A stretch of DNA of 64,000 bases from a virus (Duplodnaviria > Caudoviricetes): positions 32,001 to 96,000 of IMG/VR virus record IMGVR_UViG_3300015608_003951; one strand, 5' to 3'. A model generated the notes under the pieces. That model had not been told where the DNA came from and did no database searches. It was given only the letters and a program-made list of their open reading frames with translations. The translations under genes and the position numbers were made by a program. Shown one piece after another: positions 40,254-50,011 of the stretch. Within the stretch, counting starts at the first letter, position 1. Each line of letters opens with the position of its first letter.

Positions 40254-43200
40254 ATGTCATCCGCCGGCAAGCCCATCACCTTTGCAGGTGTGCGAGTACG
40301 CGTTGATCGCCCTGTAGGCTACGTGCAGGAGGGTAGGGGTAAGGACGGGAAGCCCTGGAAGCGAGTCTACAAGAACGACTACGGGTACATTCCCGGCACG
40401 CAGGGAGGGGATGGGGAAGGGCTTGATGTGTTCCTTGGCCCGGATCCCGAGTCCAAGGAGGCCTTCATGGCCGTCCAGAAGAAGGGCGACAAATCCTTCG
40501 ACGAGTTCAAGCTCTTCCTCGGGTTCCCCGACAAGGCCGCGGCCACCAGGTGCTACACCGACCACATCCCGAAGAGGTTCTTGGACGCCATGTTCTCGAT
40601 TCCCCTGGGCATCATTCAGGGTCTCACGGGCAAGCCCCCCGAGGTCAAGCTTGCTTCGGGTGAGGACGACGACAACCCCCTTGCTAAGTTGATGGACATC
40701 CCGGGCATCGCCGCGATGCTGAAGCGTCAGGGTGTCGCTCCCGGAGCCTTGGCCCCCTCTTCCAAAGCCTTGGATTTCCTCGAAGCTTACAAGCAGTCCA
40801 ACCCAGAGCCCGACGCGTGGGATCAGACGGAGGCTTATCACGCCTGGCAGAAGGCTAGGAGTGAGGCCGCCAGGAAGCAGATCATGGAGTATGCGCAGGA
40901 CCACCCTCTGATGGGCCCTGAGCAGATGAAGGCTCTGGAGGCCAAGTTGCAGGACCCCAACGGCGACGACCCGGCCTACGCCGTGGATCGCTACAAGAAG
41001 TGGTACGCCCAGCCCGAACGCTTTGCTGAGCCGGCGCCCAATACGCTACTGCATGCACAGCAATCTGCCGAAAAGGCTATCGCCGAAAAGAAGGGCCTCA
41101 GGCCGGCACAGCAGGCTGCCTACAATCGTCTGGTTACGCCCAACCCCGTGGAGCGAGATTCGGGGCTTGATGCGTGGTCCGCGGGGCAGGCCGTGGGTAA
41201 CCCTCGCAGCATAGGGGGCTTGAGGCACCTCACGGACGAGGAGCAGTCGGCGCTCACCCAAGGGCTCCCGCTGTCGGAGTTGGAGCAGAAGTACCGCAAC
41301 AACACCAAATCACCTCTGGATGTTCACGGGGTGAGACGGGGGGAGCTCACGTACCCAGATGGGATCACCCCCAGGTTCATCCACAGGGATGCAGCCAGGC
41401 CCTCCGAAGCGGCGGATGCGATCGAGCTGCTGAAGAAGCCGGACCTCCTCTCTGCGATCGAGGAGCGGATGGGTGGGCTCTCCAAGGAGTACACCCCCGC
41501 CCAGATTGAAGCGGCCAAGAAGGAGTTCGCCGAGAAGCGAAAAACGGCTCTCCACGGCATGGCCATGCGCGCGGGCGCTAACGTCTACCTACCCAACTTC
41601 GCAAAGAACTTGCTGGGCACGCCCGAGGAGTTGACTGCGGCCCACGGGGCGGAAAAGGCCACTGGGCTCAAGCGCCTCGGCCAGCTGATCCACGGGACAC
41701 GCCTGACGGCCCTGCGTGACCAGCTAGAGAGCATGGACTTGCGTGACCCTCGGCGTGTGCCCTTGCTCCAGGAGCTGGGTGCGGAGAGCGAGCCTGTCTA
41801 TAAGGGCCAGAACGCTCTTACGGCAGCCTCCTTGGCCATGCCGACGATCGCCAAGTACACCCCCGTTGCCCTTGCCGGTGCGATTGGGGGTAAGGCCGCT
41901 CTACGCCGTAAGATGCTGGACAGCATGGGTAGCCCCCTCCTGAGCAAGGAGGAGCGTGCCCTGCCCGAGGAGGATCGAGACAAGCTGATCATGGAGCGCA
42001 GCTCGATGGCTCGCATGTTGTTCGGCGAGTCGAAGGAGACTCCGGATTTCACGGCAGCGGATGCGCGCAACCTGGCGGTGGGCGGTGCAGTCATCGGGCA
42101 TGGGTTGCAGGCCACGGCGCCTGAAACGCTGGAGAAGCTGGTGGGGGCTCGGCGCTTCTGGCACGGCACGACCATGGATGCTGCTAAGAGCATCCTCGGG
42201 GACGGCACGAACCCCGGCACGGGCATCGATCCGGGCCTTGGCGGCCGTGTAGGCGGCGCTGCCTGGAGAAACACGCAGAAGCAGCATCTGACGGACACCA
42301 TGGCGGCCCTGGCTAATGTGGTGATCCCGGAGAACATGAAAGCCCAGGTGCAGGCACTCCTGGAGCAGAAGGCCATGGATTCCGGGCTGGACCCTGCGCT
42401 CATCAAGACGGATACGCATTGGGGTCTAGCGTCCGGGGCCAAGTCCACCCAGCCTGGCGTGAACGTGCCGGGCCTCAAGGCCCTGGGTGCGGCTCGTCTG
42501 GGCGGGGGTGCTCTGGACATCTTGTCCGCCGGCATAGGTGATGGTAAGGATGGGCTGATCGACCTGGAGAAAATGCCCGGCGGGCCCGTTGCAGAGTTTA
42601 TCAAGGCCACGCAGGCGACGGCAGCGGGCAGGCCCGACGTGGACGTGGATGCTTCTGGCTTTGTGGAGCGTGCCAAGCGCACCCCCTTCATCGCCACCGC
42701 TCCTGGTGCAGCACAGCAGTACGCGCTGATGCAGAACCCCGAGATGGCTGCGGGCCGAGTTCAGCGTGCGCAGCAGCACCTCAGCAAGGGCCAGCTGATC
42801 AAGGCCATCAAGGCCTTTGTGACGGGCATGCCTCAAGAGGGGGCCAGCCCTGTGATCGGGGGTGCCATGCCCGAAAACGTGTTCCGGCGCGACTGGACTC
42901 GCGACCCTGACGACACGGAACAGGCGGGCAAGGCCTTCAAGCTCAACGAGGCAGCGCGCTCCAAGGTGCCCGAGTATGAGCCTGGCTTCTGGCCCACCAA
43001 GGCGGCCCCTCACGCTATCCAGCCCGAGCAGCTGGCCGCCAACGACGTCTCGCTCAAGCAGATCATTCAGAACCGGGCACAGAACATGGGTGAGTACATC
43101 CGTGGAACCAACGTGCCGGATGACGAGCGCCTTCTCGGCCTGAACAAGCGGTTCCTCTCCGGCGTGGGCAGGCTCGGGGGTACGGCGCTCGGCACGGCTG

Positions 43201-43577
43201 CGGTCTATCACGGCTCCGGAGCCCACAACGCCGTGAAGAAGCTCGTGCGCAAGGGCAAGGAGAAGTACGAAGAGTACAAGAACCAGTCCCCAGCAGCCGC
43301 GGTGGAGGCCCCAGCTCCCCCCGCGGCTCCTCCTCCCTTGGAGGACAAGCAAGCTGCGGATCTCACGGCGGCATCCAGGGACAAGATCAAGGACAAGAAC
43401 TTTGCTCTGCCCGACAGGCGCTACCCCATCCACGACCTGTCTCATGCCAGGGCCGCCTTGAGCATGGTGGCCAGGCACGGCACCCCTGAGGAGAAAAGCA
43501 AGGTACATGCGGCTGTGGCAGCCAAATGGCCCGCTCTCGCCGCTCGCAGCGTGAGCCTGGCCAAGGATCCTGGCTAA
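40254..43577 (+). CDS. polyvalent protein: inorganic-pyrophosphatase-like domain, putative ADP-ribosyltransferase-like domain, C-terminal module
   Basis: DYGYIPGT.G.DGEGLDVFLGP...FDEFKLFLGF at the N-terminus. RFWHGTT...FIAT...AQQYA in the middle. NFALPDRRYPIHD.SHARAAL at the C-terminus. Confidence 0.7.
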   Translation: MSSAGKPITFAGVRVRVDRPVGYVQEGRGKDGKPWKRVYKNDYGYIPGTQGGDGEGLDVFLGPDPESKEAFMAVQKKGDKSFDEFKLFLGFPDKAAATRCYTDHIPKRFLDAMFSIPLGIIQGLTGKPPEVKLASGEDDDNPLAKLMDIPGIAAMLKRQGVAPGALAPSSKALDFLEAYKQSNPEPDAWDQTEAYHAWQKARSEAARKQIMEYAQDHPLMGPEQMKALEAKLQDPNGDDPAYAVDRYKKWYAQPERFAEPAPNTLLHAQQSAEKAIAEKKGLRPAQQAAYNRLVTPNPVERDSGLDAWSAGQAVGNPRSIGGLRHLTDEEQSALTQGLPLSELEQKYRNNTKSPLDVHGVRRGELTYPDGITPRFIHRDAARPSEAADAIELLKKPDLLSAIEERMGGLSKEYTPAQIEAAKKEFAEKRKTALHGMAMRAGANVYLPNFAKNLLGTPEELTAAHGAEKATGLKRLGQLIHGTRLTALRDQLESMDLRDPRRVPLLQELGAESEPVYKGQNALTAASLAMPTIAKYTPVALAGAIGGKAALRRKMLDSMGSPLLSKEERALPEEDRDKLIMERSSMARMLFGESKETPDFTAADARNLAVGGAVIGHGLQATAPETLEKLVGARRFWHGTTMDAAKSILGDGTNPGTGIDPGLGGRVGGAAWRNTQKQHLTDTMAALANVVIPENMKAQVQALLEQKAMDSGLDPALIKTDTHWGLASGAKSTQPGVNVPGLKALGAARLGGGALDILSAGIGDGKDGLIDLEKMPGGPVAEFIKATQATAAGRPDVDVDASGFVERAKRTPFIATAPGAAQQYALMQNPEMAAGRVQRAQQHLSKGQLIKAIKAFVTGMPQEGASPVIGGAMPENVFRRDWTRDPDDTEQAGKAFKLNEAARSKVPEYEPGFWPTKAAPHAIQPEQLAANDVSLKQIIQNRAQNMGEYIRGTNVPDDERLLGLNKRFLSGVGRLGGTALGTAAVYHGSGAHNAVKKLVRKGKEKYEEYKNQSPAAAVEAPAPPAAPPPLEDKQAADLTAASRDKIKDKNFALPDRRYPIHDLSHARAALSMVARHGTPEEKSKVHAAVAAKWPALAARSVSLAKDPG

Positions 43578-43596
43578 GCATGGGATAAGGGAGGGG

Positions 43597-44580
43597 ATGA
43601 AGCTACCTACCCCTGACCCGAAGAGCCCGTTCTACCCCTACCTCGTGAGCTCCAGCCTCACGCGTGCTCGCGTTTACGCGAGCGGTTACCTTGGACGCCA
43701 GAGCCAGAAGACGCTTCTGCGCCTGGACGAGGAGAAGGACCTGGAGCTCTATGCCCCCGCGCTGGCGGCGATGAACTCCTGCGGACTGGAGTTCTGTACG
43801 AGGAGCCCAGAGATTTACGACCTCCTCGCCAGCCTTGGCCACGCCTTCATGGTGGGGGGCATCGTTGAGTGCGCGCTCGACATGAAACATGTGCGTGCCG
43901 TGGCGTTCCGTACGAAGTCTCTTGCGGAGGCCGTCGAGGTGCCCAACAAGCTGAATGTGGGTATGAGCGCTTTCATAGAGATCGAGCTGCCACCCCCCGA
44001 CGAGTTCGCCAGTTTTTTGCTGTCCCGCGTCGACAACGGGATGAAGCGCCTGCTCAGTAAGTTTGTCAACGAGGGTGACTTCGACCTCCTGAGGTCTCGT
44101 ACGTTCATTACCATGGCACTCACGTGTGCCTTCAAGGCCCCCTGCAAGATACTGAGCAGCCTGCTCAGTCGAAACTGCCCCGACGACCAGCTAAACAGTG
44201 CTTCGACTCGGGACACCCGCGAGGGATCGCTTCGTTCGTTGATCTGCCCGAAGAACGCGCGAGACCCTATCGTGATGCACGAAGTAATGCACCTCGTTGT
44301 GCAACGTGTGCACCGAAAGGCGCTTTACACGCCCAAGGACCACGGCATCGCGTGTGCGGTCCTGGACGAGCGTATGCCCATGACGCACCGTTCAACCGAC
44401 CTCCGAGTTGACCTCCTGGAGGCCTGGACCCTGAACATGGATCCCGACGCGATAGAGTACCTACCGCTGCGCCTGGGGGGTACGCCTCCAGAGCTGGAGG
44501 ACGCCTATGCCGTCGCGGACACGTACCTCGGCTGCGTGTACATGGAGCTGGAGCGCGCCGGTCGTGAAATCAAACTCTTA
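43597..44580 (+). CDS. hypothetical protein with HExxH motif (possible metallopeptidase; ends at TTA)
   Basis: IVMHEVMHLV motif, GGAGG SD, TTA 44578-44580. Confidence 0.55.
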
Positions 44581-44636
44581 GACCACTCGCGGGGGAGGGT
44601 GGTTCTTTTTAGCCCAGAACGCGGTAGCCTTTGCAC

Positions 44637-45698
44637 ATGACCGAGGCTGAAGAGCTCGCGCACCTGCACACCCTTCGGGATGCGCTTTGGGGGGATTCCT
44701 GGTGGGGGACGACCAAGACGGCATCCCCTACGTCCAGCGTACCCCAGGGCAAGATACCGAAAGATGCGGCCAGCGCCCTCCGGGACAAGATCAAGGACGG
44801 GCACTGGACGGGTGGCACGAACTCGGATGGTTATCCGAAGGTCAAGATCGACGGGAAGTCGGAGCTCGCGGCGCACGTCTTGCTCAAACTGCGGGGCACG
44901 ACCCTGAAGCCGGGGCAGATTGTCATGCACCGGGATAACGACCCCCTGAACCTCAGGCCTGGTAATCTCGTGGTGGGTACACAACGTGATAACCTGCGGC
45001 AAATGCGGGACGAGGGTAGAGATCGTCCTCGCGGAGTACACCAGGAGCCCGACGTGAAGACCGCCTTCCTCCAAGAGCTGTTCGCCAAGCTGGCCGATTT
45101 CTCGATGCCGAGCATGGCCCAGAATGATGCGAATCTGGCGCTGCACGAGAACCGCATTGTCGAGAACACGCGCAGGCAGATGAGGTCCCTGCCTGGCTAT
45201 ACCCAGGCCCAGCTGAAGTACCTCTCCAGGGTCACGCCCATCGGTGCAGGCGCGCCGGACCCCATGACGGCCCTCACGTCCCTGATGTCTCTCGACAGCC
45301 AGGCGACGGGCAAGCCCCTTCTGCAAACGATCAACGACTACGCTTACGGCGCAGGCTTTAAGCCCCAGGGCTACATCTCCAAGGGCATGCTCCAGACCAA
45401 GGGCCTGCACGACCTGGAGCTTAGCCCAGCTGACTTTGCCCCCAAGCCGGCCCCCGCAGCCCAGGCTCCTGCCGCCCCCGCTCCCGCTTCACAGCCGCAA
45501 GCCCCGGTAAGGACGGTGAATGCTGTGCCCAGGCCTGTCCCCGGGGCGCAAGCCAAACAGCTGGGCGCGGCCGCGGCCTCTGCGGCCCCCCACGTTCCTG
45601 GACCCTTGCCGCCCCCTATCCGCGTAGCCCCCGCAGCACCCAGGCCCTCCGCGGTGTCCGGGTTGGCTCGTAAACTTCCGGCCATGCGTCTTGGTTTA
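44637..45698 (+). CDS. HNH endonuclease-domain protein with Pro/Ala-rich C-terminus (ends at TTA)
   Basis: WTGGTNSDGYPKV...AAHV...VMHRDNDPLN.RP.NL.VGTQRDN resembles HNH_3. Leaderless ATG 44637. Confidence 0.75.
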
Positions 45699-45715
45699 GA
45701 GTAAGCTGAGGTCCG

Positions 45716-48700
45716 ATGGCGCAGGCGGACCTCAAGCTTTTCATCCAGGAGCGGCTGCTCAAGCTCAACCCGTCGATGGACGTGGGCGATGGCTCCGAGG
45801 CAGACACGGCGGTCATCCAGCCGATCTTGAAGAGGATCGGTCCCGATCCCTTCTCGGTCGATGTCAGGGCCTTTTTGCTGGACCTGCTCAACCAGAACTT
45901 CCCCAACATGCCGACCTCCCCGGAGGACGCCATCACGGAGCTTGGCATCCTGCCGATGGAGCTCGTCGTCAGCGTGTTCACCCGCGAAGTGAAGCGGATG
46001 CTGCTGACCAAGTCTCTGCAAAACCCAGAGCTTCTCAACACCGAGGAGGCGGAGGCCCTGGGCGCCAACTGGTTTAAGGAGAGGGTGAAGGGCACCTTCT
46101 CCAAGGGGCGGGTCCGTCTCTACTTCACGCAGCCTCGCGATGCGAATGTCACCCCGGCCAACATTGCAAGCACGGCCAGCGGTTTGGGCTATGCCCCCAA
46201 CACCAAGCAGGGGATCTCTGCTGCGCAGATGCTGCTGAACCAGGAGAACGGGTACTACTACTTCGACATCAACGTAACCGCCGTGCAGGTCGGTGAGCAG
46301 TACGCGATAGGTCCCAACGAGATCGTTCAGATCGAGGGTGTCCCTGGTCTTGCCCGCATCACCAACAAGGGAAAGTTCTCCCCGGCGGTCTCGGAGGAGA
46401 CCCCGGAGGAGTACATCGCCGAGGTGCGCGCCAGCCTCGGTACGCAGTCGATGGTCACCGAGCCCGGCATCCTGGCGCAAACGCGCGACGCCTTCCCCGA
46501 GATGACTCGTATGGGCATCGTCGGCGCAGGTGACCCCCGCATGCAGCGAGACAAGCTCACCGGGTCGAGCCTCGGGCCTCCCCTTGCGGCAGGGTCAAGC
46601 GGCCACACGACGTCTGACAACGAGGGTCGCCTTACCTCCAGGCGCTTCCAGATCAGTACGCTGCTCGATCCCGGAATCGACTTCAGGTCGATTCCCGCCC
46701 CGAGCACCCTGGTACTCACGATCCAGGGGCCCGTCTTTACGGGACTCCCTGTGCGTGACGTGGAGGTGCGCAGCGTGGTTAGCGAAGACACGCTTGAGCT
46801 GGAAGACAGCATCCTACCGCTTGCAGCGGCGGACCTTGTCTGGTGCTTGCGTAGGCGGGAAATCCGACTCTCCTCCTTGCCGGGAGGTCCGCTGCTCCCG
46901 GATGCGGGGGGTCAGGCTGTTCTGCCCCCCGACACCGTCCACGTGGGGGGCATGTTTGACGCCTACGCCCGCGGTATCGGCCTCGACACAACGTCTCTCG
47001 TACTGGATCACATCGCGGATAACAAGCCCGTCCTGTCCGGGGTGGGTGCCGACGGAGTGGGCAGCACGATCACGCTTACGGACCTTCGTCTCAGCTTCGG
47101 GTACGAGATCCATGACGAGACCTGGCTAGCACTGGATACCGCAGTCCAGCTTCGCTACGCCATCCAGATCGTAGATGGGCCTGGCGCGGGGACCTACGAG
47201 CTTCTCCGCTGTGTTCAGACCCCTGGGAGCTCGCCGGTGTTCACGCTGTACGGTACGGTTCTGGCGTCGTTCACGGGGAGTCGGTGGAAGCTGCTCGACA
47301 GGCTGAACATCGAACTCACGGACCCACGAGAGACGCTCATCCGCGGGGCAGACCTGGAGACGGCGCAAGGCTCAGCGGAGATCACCACGACGGCTCTGTC
47401 CAACTTTAACGAGTACGGCGTAGCCGCGGGGCACCTGCTCCGCGTGATCTCTGGGCCCAACGAGGGGGACTACCTCGTGCTGGAGGTGATGACTGCCCCT
47501 GCTTACAGCAGGCTTCGCTTGGACCACCCGCTCCCCGCAAGCGCATCGAATCAAGCCTATGAGGTGTACCGGAGGAATGCGGCAGGTGCGATAGCTACCC
47601 CCCTCATCCGGCTTACGTCCGTCGAGCTGCTCGACAGCTCTGGGCAGCCTACGGGCACCAAGGTGCCCTACGGGGCTCCGCTCGGGGCCTACTCCCTCGG
47701 GCTTACGAACCCCGCACACGGCACCAAGCTCGAAGTGCCCAGTGCCCTGCTTGGGATCCTTAGCAACAAGCTCCCCACGGGCGCCAACGTCAACGGTCTC
47801 ACGCTAGAGGTGTCCGTGGCCGAGGCCGGAATCGTGTCCGTCACCTTCTCCGGCGTAAACCCCATCTCTGTGGCGGCGATGGTTAGCCAGATCAACGCTG
47901 CCGCGGGTTACGTCCTGGCCGGCAAGCTAGGAGATAGGCTCATCATCTACCCCATCAACGGGTACACCGAGATCGTCGGCAGCACGGACCCGGCCTCTGC
48001 GCTCACGGCTTTGTTCGGCGGCAGGTACTACCTGAACAGCCGGATGATCCGTAGCGCAGACTTCTCCTCGACCACCTTCACCAACCTCTCTCCCTCGCTT
48101 TCCATGGACTATGACGCCGTGGTCGTGTTGAGCGGCGGCCAGATCGGGTGCCGAGGTCTAGCTCGGGTGAACCCCTTCCCGCTGTCGGAGACGATCAGCT
48201 CCCCTTCCGTAGGCCTGGTGGTGCCTACGTGCATCGAGGTGCAAGGCGCCTCCTTCTACCCAGAACAGGATGTACGCCTTGTGCTTGGGGCCCGAAGCCT
48301 CGGGGTGCTCCGTGCATACTTCCTGGACCCGACCACGGTGGAGGTTGGCCCCGATACCCGTTTCACGTACACAAACGGAGGGGTGTCCTTCTCCTTCCTG
48401 CCGGACCCCTCGTTCGACGCCACCCTCTTCCCTGCCGCTCCTGCTGGAGCCAAGCCGAAGGACGGGTCTGCGACGGCGGGGAACGCGGTGCTCACGAGCG
48501 GCATGGACTTCATCCGTAAGAGGATCCGCGCTGGCGACGTCGTGGAGATTGACTACCTGCCTATCACAGGCACAGCGGTCCTGGCGGACCCTGTCGTTAA
48601 CCTGGCCTTCACCACCCTGGTGGTGTCCTTTGGCCAGGAGGCTGAGCGCAGGATCACGTTCGTCAACGACTCCGACTCCATCCCTGGAACCGACGTCACC

Positions 48701-49678
48701 CGACAGGGCGTGGCGGACCAGATCAACAATGCCCTGGGTGTCGTTGCGGCGACGATCAACGGCGCGGGACACCTTGAGCTGAACCCGGAGTTCTTGTTGG
48801 TGATCCGGCCTTCCGGTACTTCCAACGGCCTGCTGGGATTCGACACGTTCCTGGAGCAGGACAACAAGAGCGGGAACGCGGGCAGGTATGAGGTGCTCAC
48901 CCCTTCCACGACGGGGGCCACGCTTACGCGGGCACTCCCTGTCACGGAGTCGAACTTCCAGTTCAAGGTGCTGCGCCCCGGGTTCCAGCGGATCGGGGCC
49001 ACGCAGATGTCGCTACAGAAGGAGGCGCCCGGGTTTTATTACTTCGATGTGGAGGTCGTCAGCGACGGCGTTGGGGATCGCTTCAACCTGAGCGCGGGGG
49101 AGTACCTCGACGTCTCGGGGGATCGCTCCGACGGGTTCATCCTACGCACGCAGGACTCTAACCTCACCTTCTCGACGGAGGAGCAGGTCGAGATCGTTCT
49201 TAGCCGGACGATCAACGGCCTCGGGTCGAACGATGACCCGGCGGAGTCCGTGGCCCTGAGCGGCAGGACGCTGTCCCTTACGGGGGACGGTAGCGATCTG
49301 ATCTCAAGCCTCCACACCTATCTCCGCGCGGACACGCAGCGAGACATCTGTGCCAGCCCCCTGGCTCGCCACCTTACCCCTCACTTCGTGAGGCTGAGCC
49401 TGACCTACTCGGAGGGTCCCAAGGATTCCGACGCGCAGGCCTCCCTGGGCACCCTGATCCAGAGCCTCATGCCGAGCGACCAGCTGGAGACCGCTCAGAT
49501 CAACGCGAAGCTCTCTCAGCAGGGTGCCCGGGCGATCTCGAACCCGATCACCATCTACGGCGTGATCTACGGGCAAGATAGGTCGGTCTGGCTGGAGCGG
49601 AGCCAGAACGCCTTGAACGTGGATGGGCTTGCAGCTTTCTACCCGGACCTGCTGCAAGTCACTCGTCTTGCTCAGTGA
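45716..49678 (+). CDS. baseplate J-like wedge protein
   Basis: SKGRVRLYF...INVTAVQVGEQY.I..NEI...ITN...EET.EEY is a baseplate-J-like N-terminus. 1320 aa. Confidence 0.75.
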   Translation: MAQADLKLFIQERLLKLNPSMDVGDGSEADTAVIQPILKRIGPDPFSVDVRAFLLDLLNQNFPNMPTSPEDAITELGILPMELVVSVFTREVKRMLLTKSLQNPELLNTEEAEALGANWFKERVKGTFSKGRVRLYFTQPRDANVTPANIASTASGLGYAPNTKQGISAAQMLLNQENGYYYFDINVTAVQVGEQYAIGPNEIVQIEGVPGLARITNKGKFSPAVSEETPEEYIAEVRASLGTQSMVTEPGILAQTRDAFPEMTRMGIVGAGDPRMQRDKLTGSSLGPPLAAGSSGHTTSDNEGRLTSRRFQISTLLDPGIDFRSIPAPSTLVLTIQGPVFTGLPVRDVEVRSVVSEDTLELEDSILPLAAADLVWCLRRREIRLSSLPGGPLLPDAGGQAVLPPDTVHVGGMFDAYARGIGLDTTSLVLDHIADNKPVLSGVGADGVGSTITLTDLRLSFGYEIHDETWLALDTAVQLRYAIQIVDGPGAGTYELLRCVQTPGSSPVFTLYGTVLASFTGSRWKLLDRLNIELTDPRETLIRGADLETAQGSAEITTTALSNFNEYGVAAGHLLRVISGPNEGDYLVLEVMTAPAYSRLRLDHPLPASASNQAYEVYRRNAAGAIATPLIRLTSVELLDSSGQPTGTKVPYGAPLGAYSLGLTNPAHGTKLEVPSALLGILSNKLPTGANVNGLTLEVSVAEAGIVSVTFSGVNPISVAAMVSQINAAAGYVLAGKLGDRLIIYPINGYTEIVGSTDPASALTALFGGRYYLNSRMIRSADFSSTTFTNLSPSLSMDYDAVVVLSGGQIGCRGLARVNPFPLSETISSPSVGLVVPTCIEVQGASFYPEQDVRLVLGARSLGVLRAYFLDPTTVEVGPDTRFTYTNGGVSFSFLPDPSFDATLFPAAPAGAKPKDGSATAGNAVLTSGMDFIRKRIRAGDVVEIDYLPITGTAVLADPVVNLAFTTLVVSFGQEAERRITFVNDSDSIPGTDVTRQGVADQINNALGVVAATINGAGHLELNPEFLLVIRPSGTSNGLLGFDTFLEQDNKSGNAGRYEVLTPSTTGATLTRALPVTESNFQFKVLRPGFQRIGATQMSLQKEAPGFYYFDVEVVSDGVGDRFNLSAGEYLDVSGDRSDGFILRTQDSNLTFSTEEQVEIVLSRTINGLGSNDDPAESVALSGRTLSLTGDGSDLISSLHTYLRADTQRDICASPLARHLTPHFVRLSLTYSEGPKDSDAQASLGTLIQSLMPSDQLETAQINAKLSQQGARAISNPITIYGVIYGQDRSVWLERSQNALNVDGLAAFYPDLLQVTRLAQ

Positions 49679-49997
49679 TGGGGGGGCGCATGGCGTCCCG
49701 GGCTTTGTAGATGTTGCCCGTCTTGAGGACCAGATTTGTGTGGGGGTCGAACTCCCAACCGCACCTGGTGCACCTCAGGGCGTGCCTAGGCAGCAGGCCA
49801 TGTCCCCCGTAGGCGTGCCCCGGGTTAACGAACATCGGCTCTAGCTCGGGGTTCTTGCAGGTCAAACAGGAAAACTGCCGCAAGAAGGCCTGGTCCTTCT
49901 TGCTCTCGCGCTGAAGCAGGTCGTCTTCCTTGGCGTCTCGGAAGGGTTGAACTGCTTCTTCAATAAGGGCAGGATCCATCTCGATGTATACTGGCAT
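49659..49997 (-). CDS. small zinc-ribbon protein
   Basis: CLTC...CTRCG motif. TATAAT lies upstream on the minus strand. Confidence 0.65.
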   Translation of the reverse strand: MPVYIEMDPALIEEAVQPFRDAKEDDLLQRESKKDQAFLRQFSCLTCKNPELEPMFVNPGHAYGGHGLLPRHALRCTRCGWEFDPHTNLVLKTGNIYKARDAMRPPITEQDE

Positions 49998-50011
49998 GCA
50001 GGAGTCATTAT

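Noticed and set aside
44637-45100. HNH domain as a free-standing homing endonuclease or intron
   Set aside because: It is embedded in a larger ORF between KxA motifs, and no interrupted host gene or intron structure is evident.
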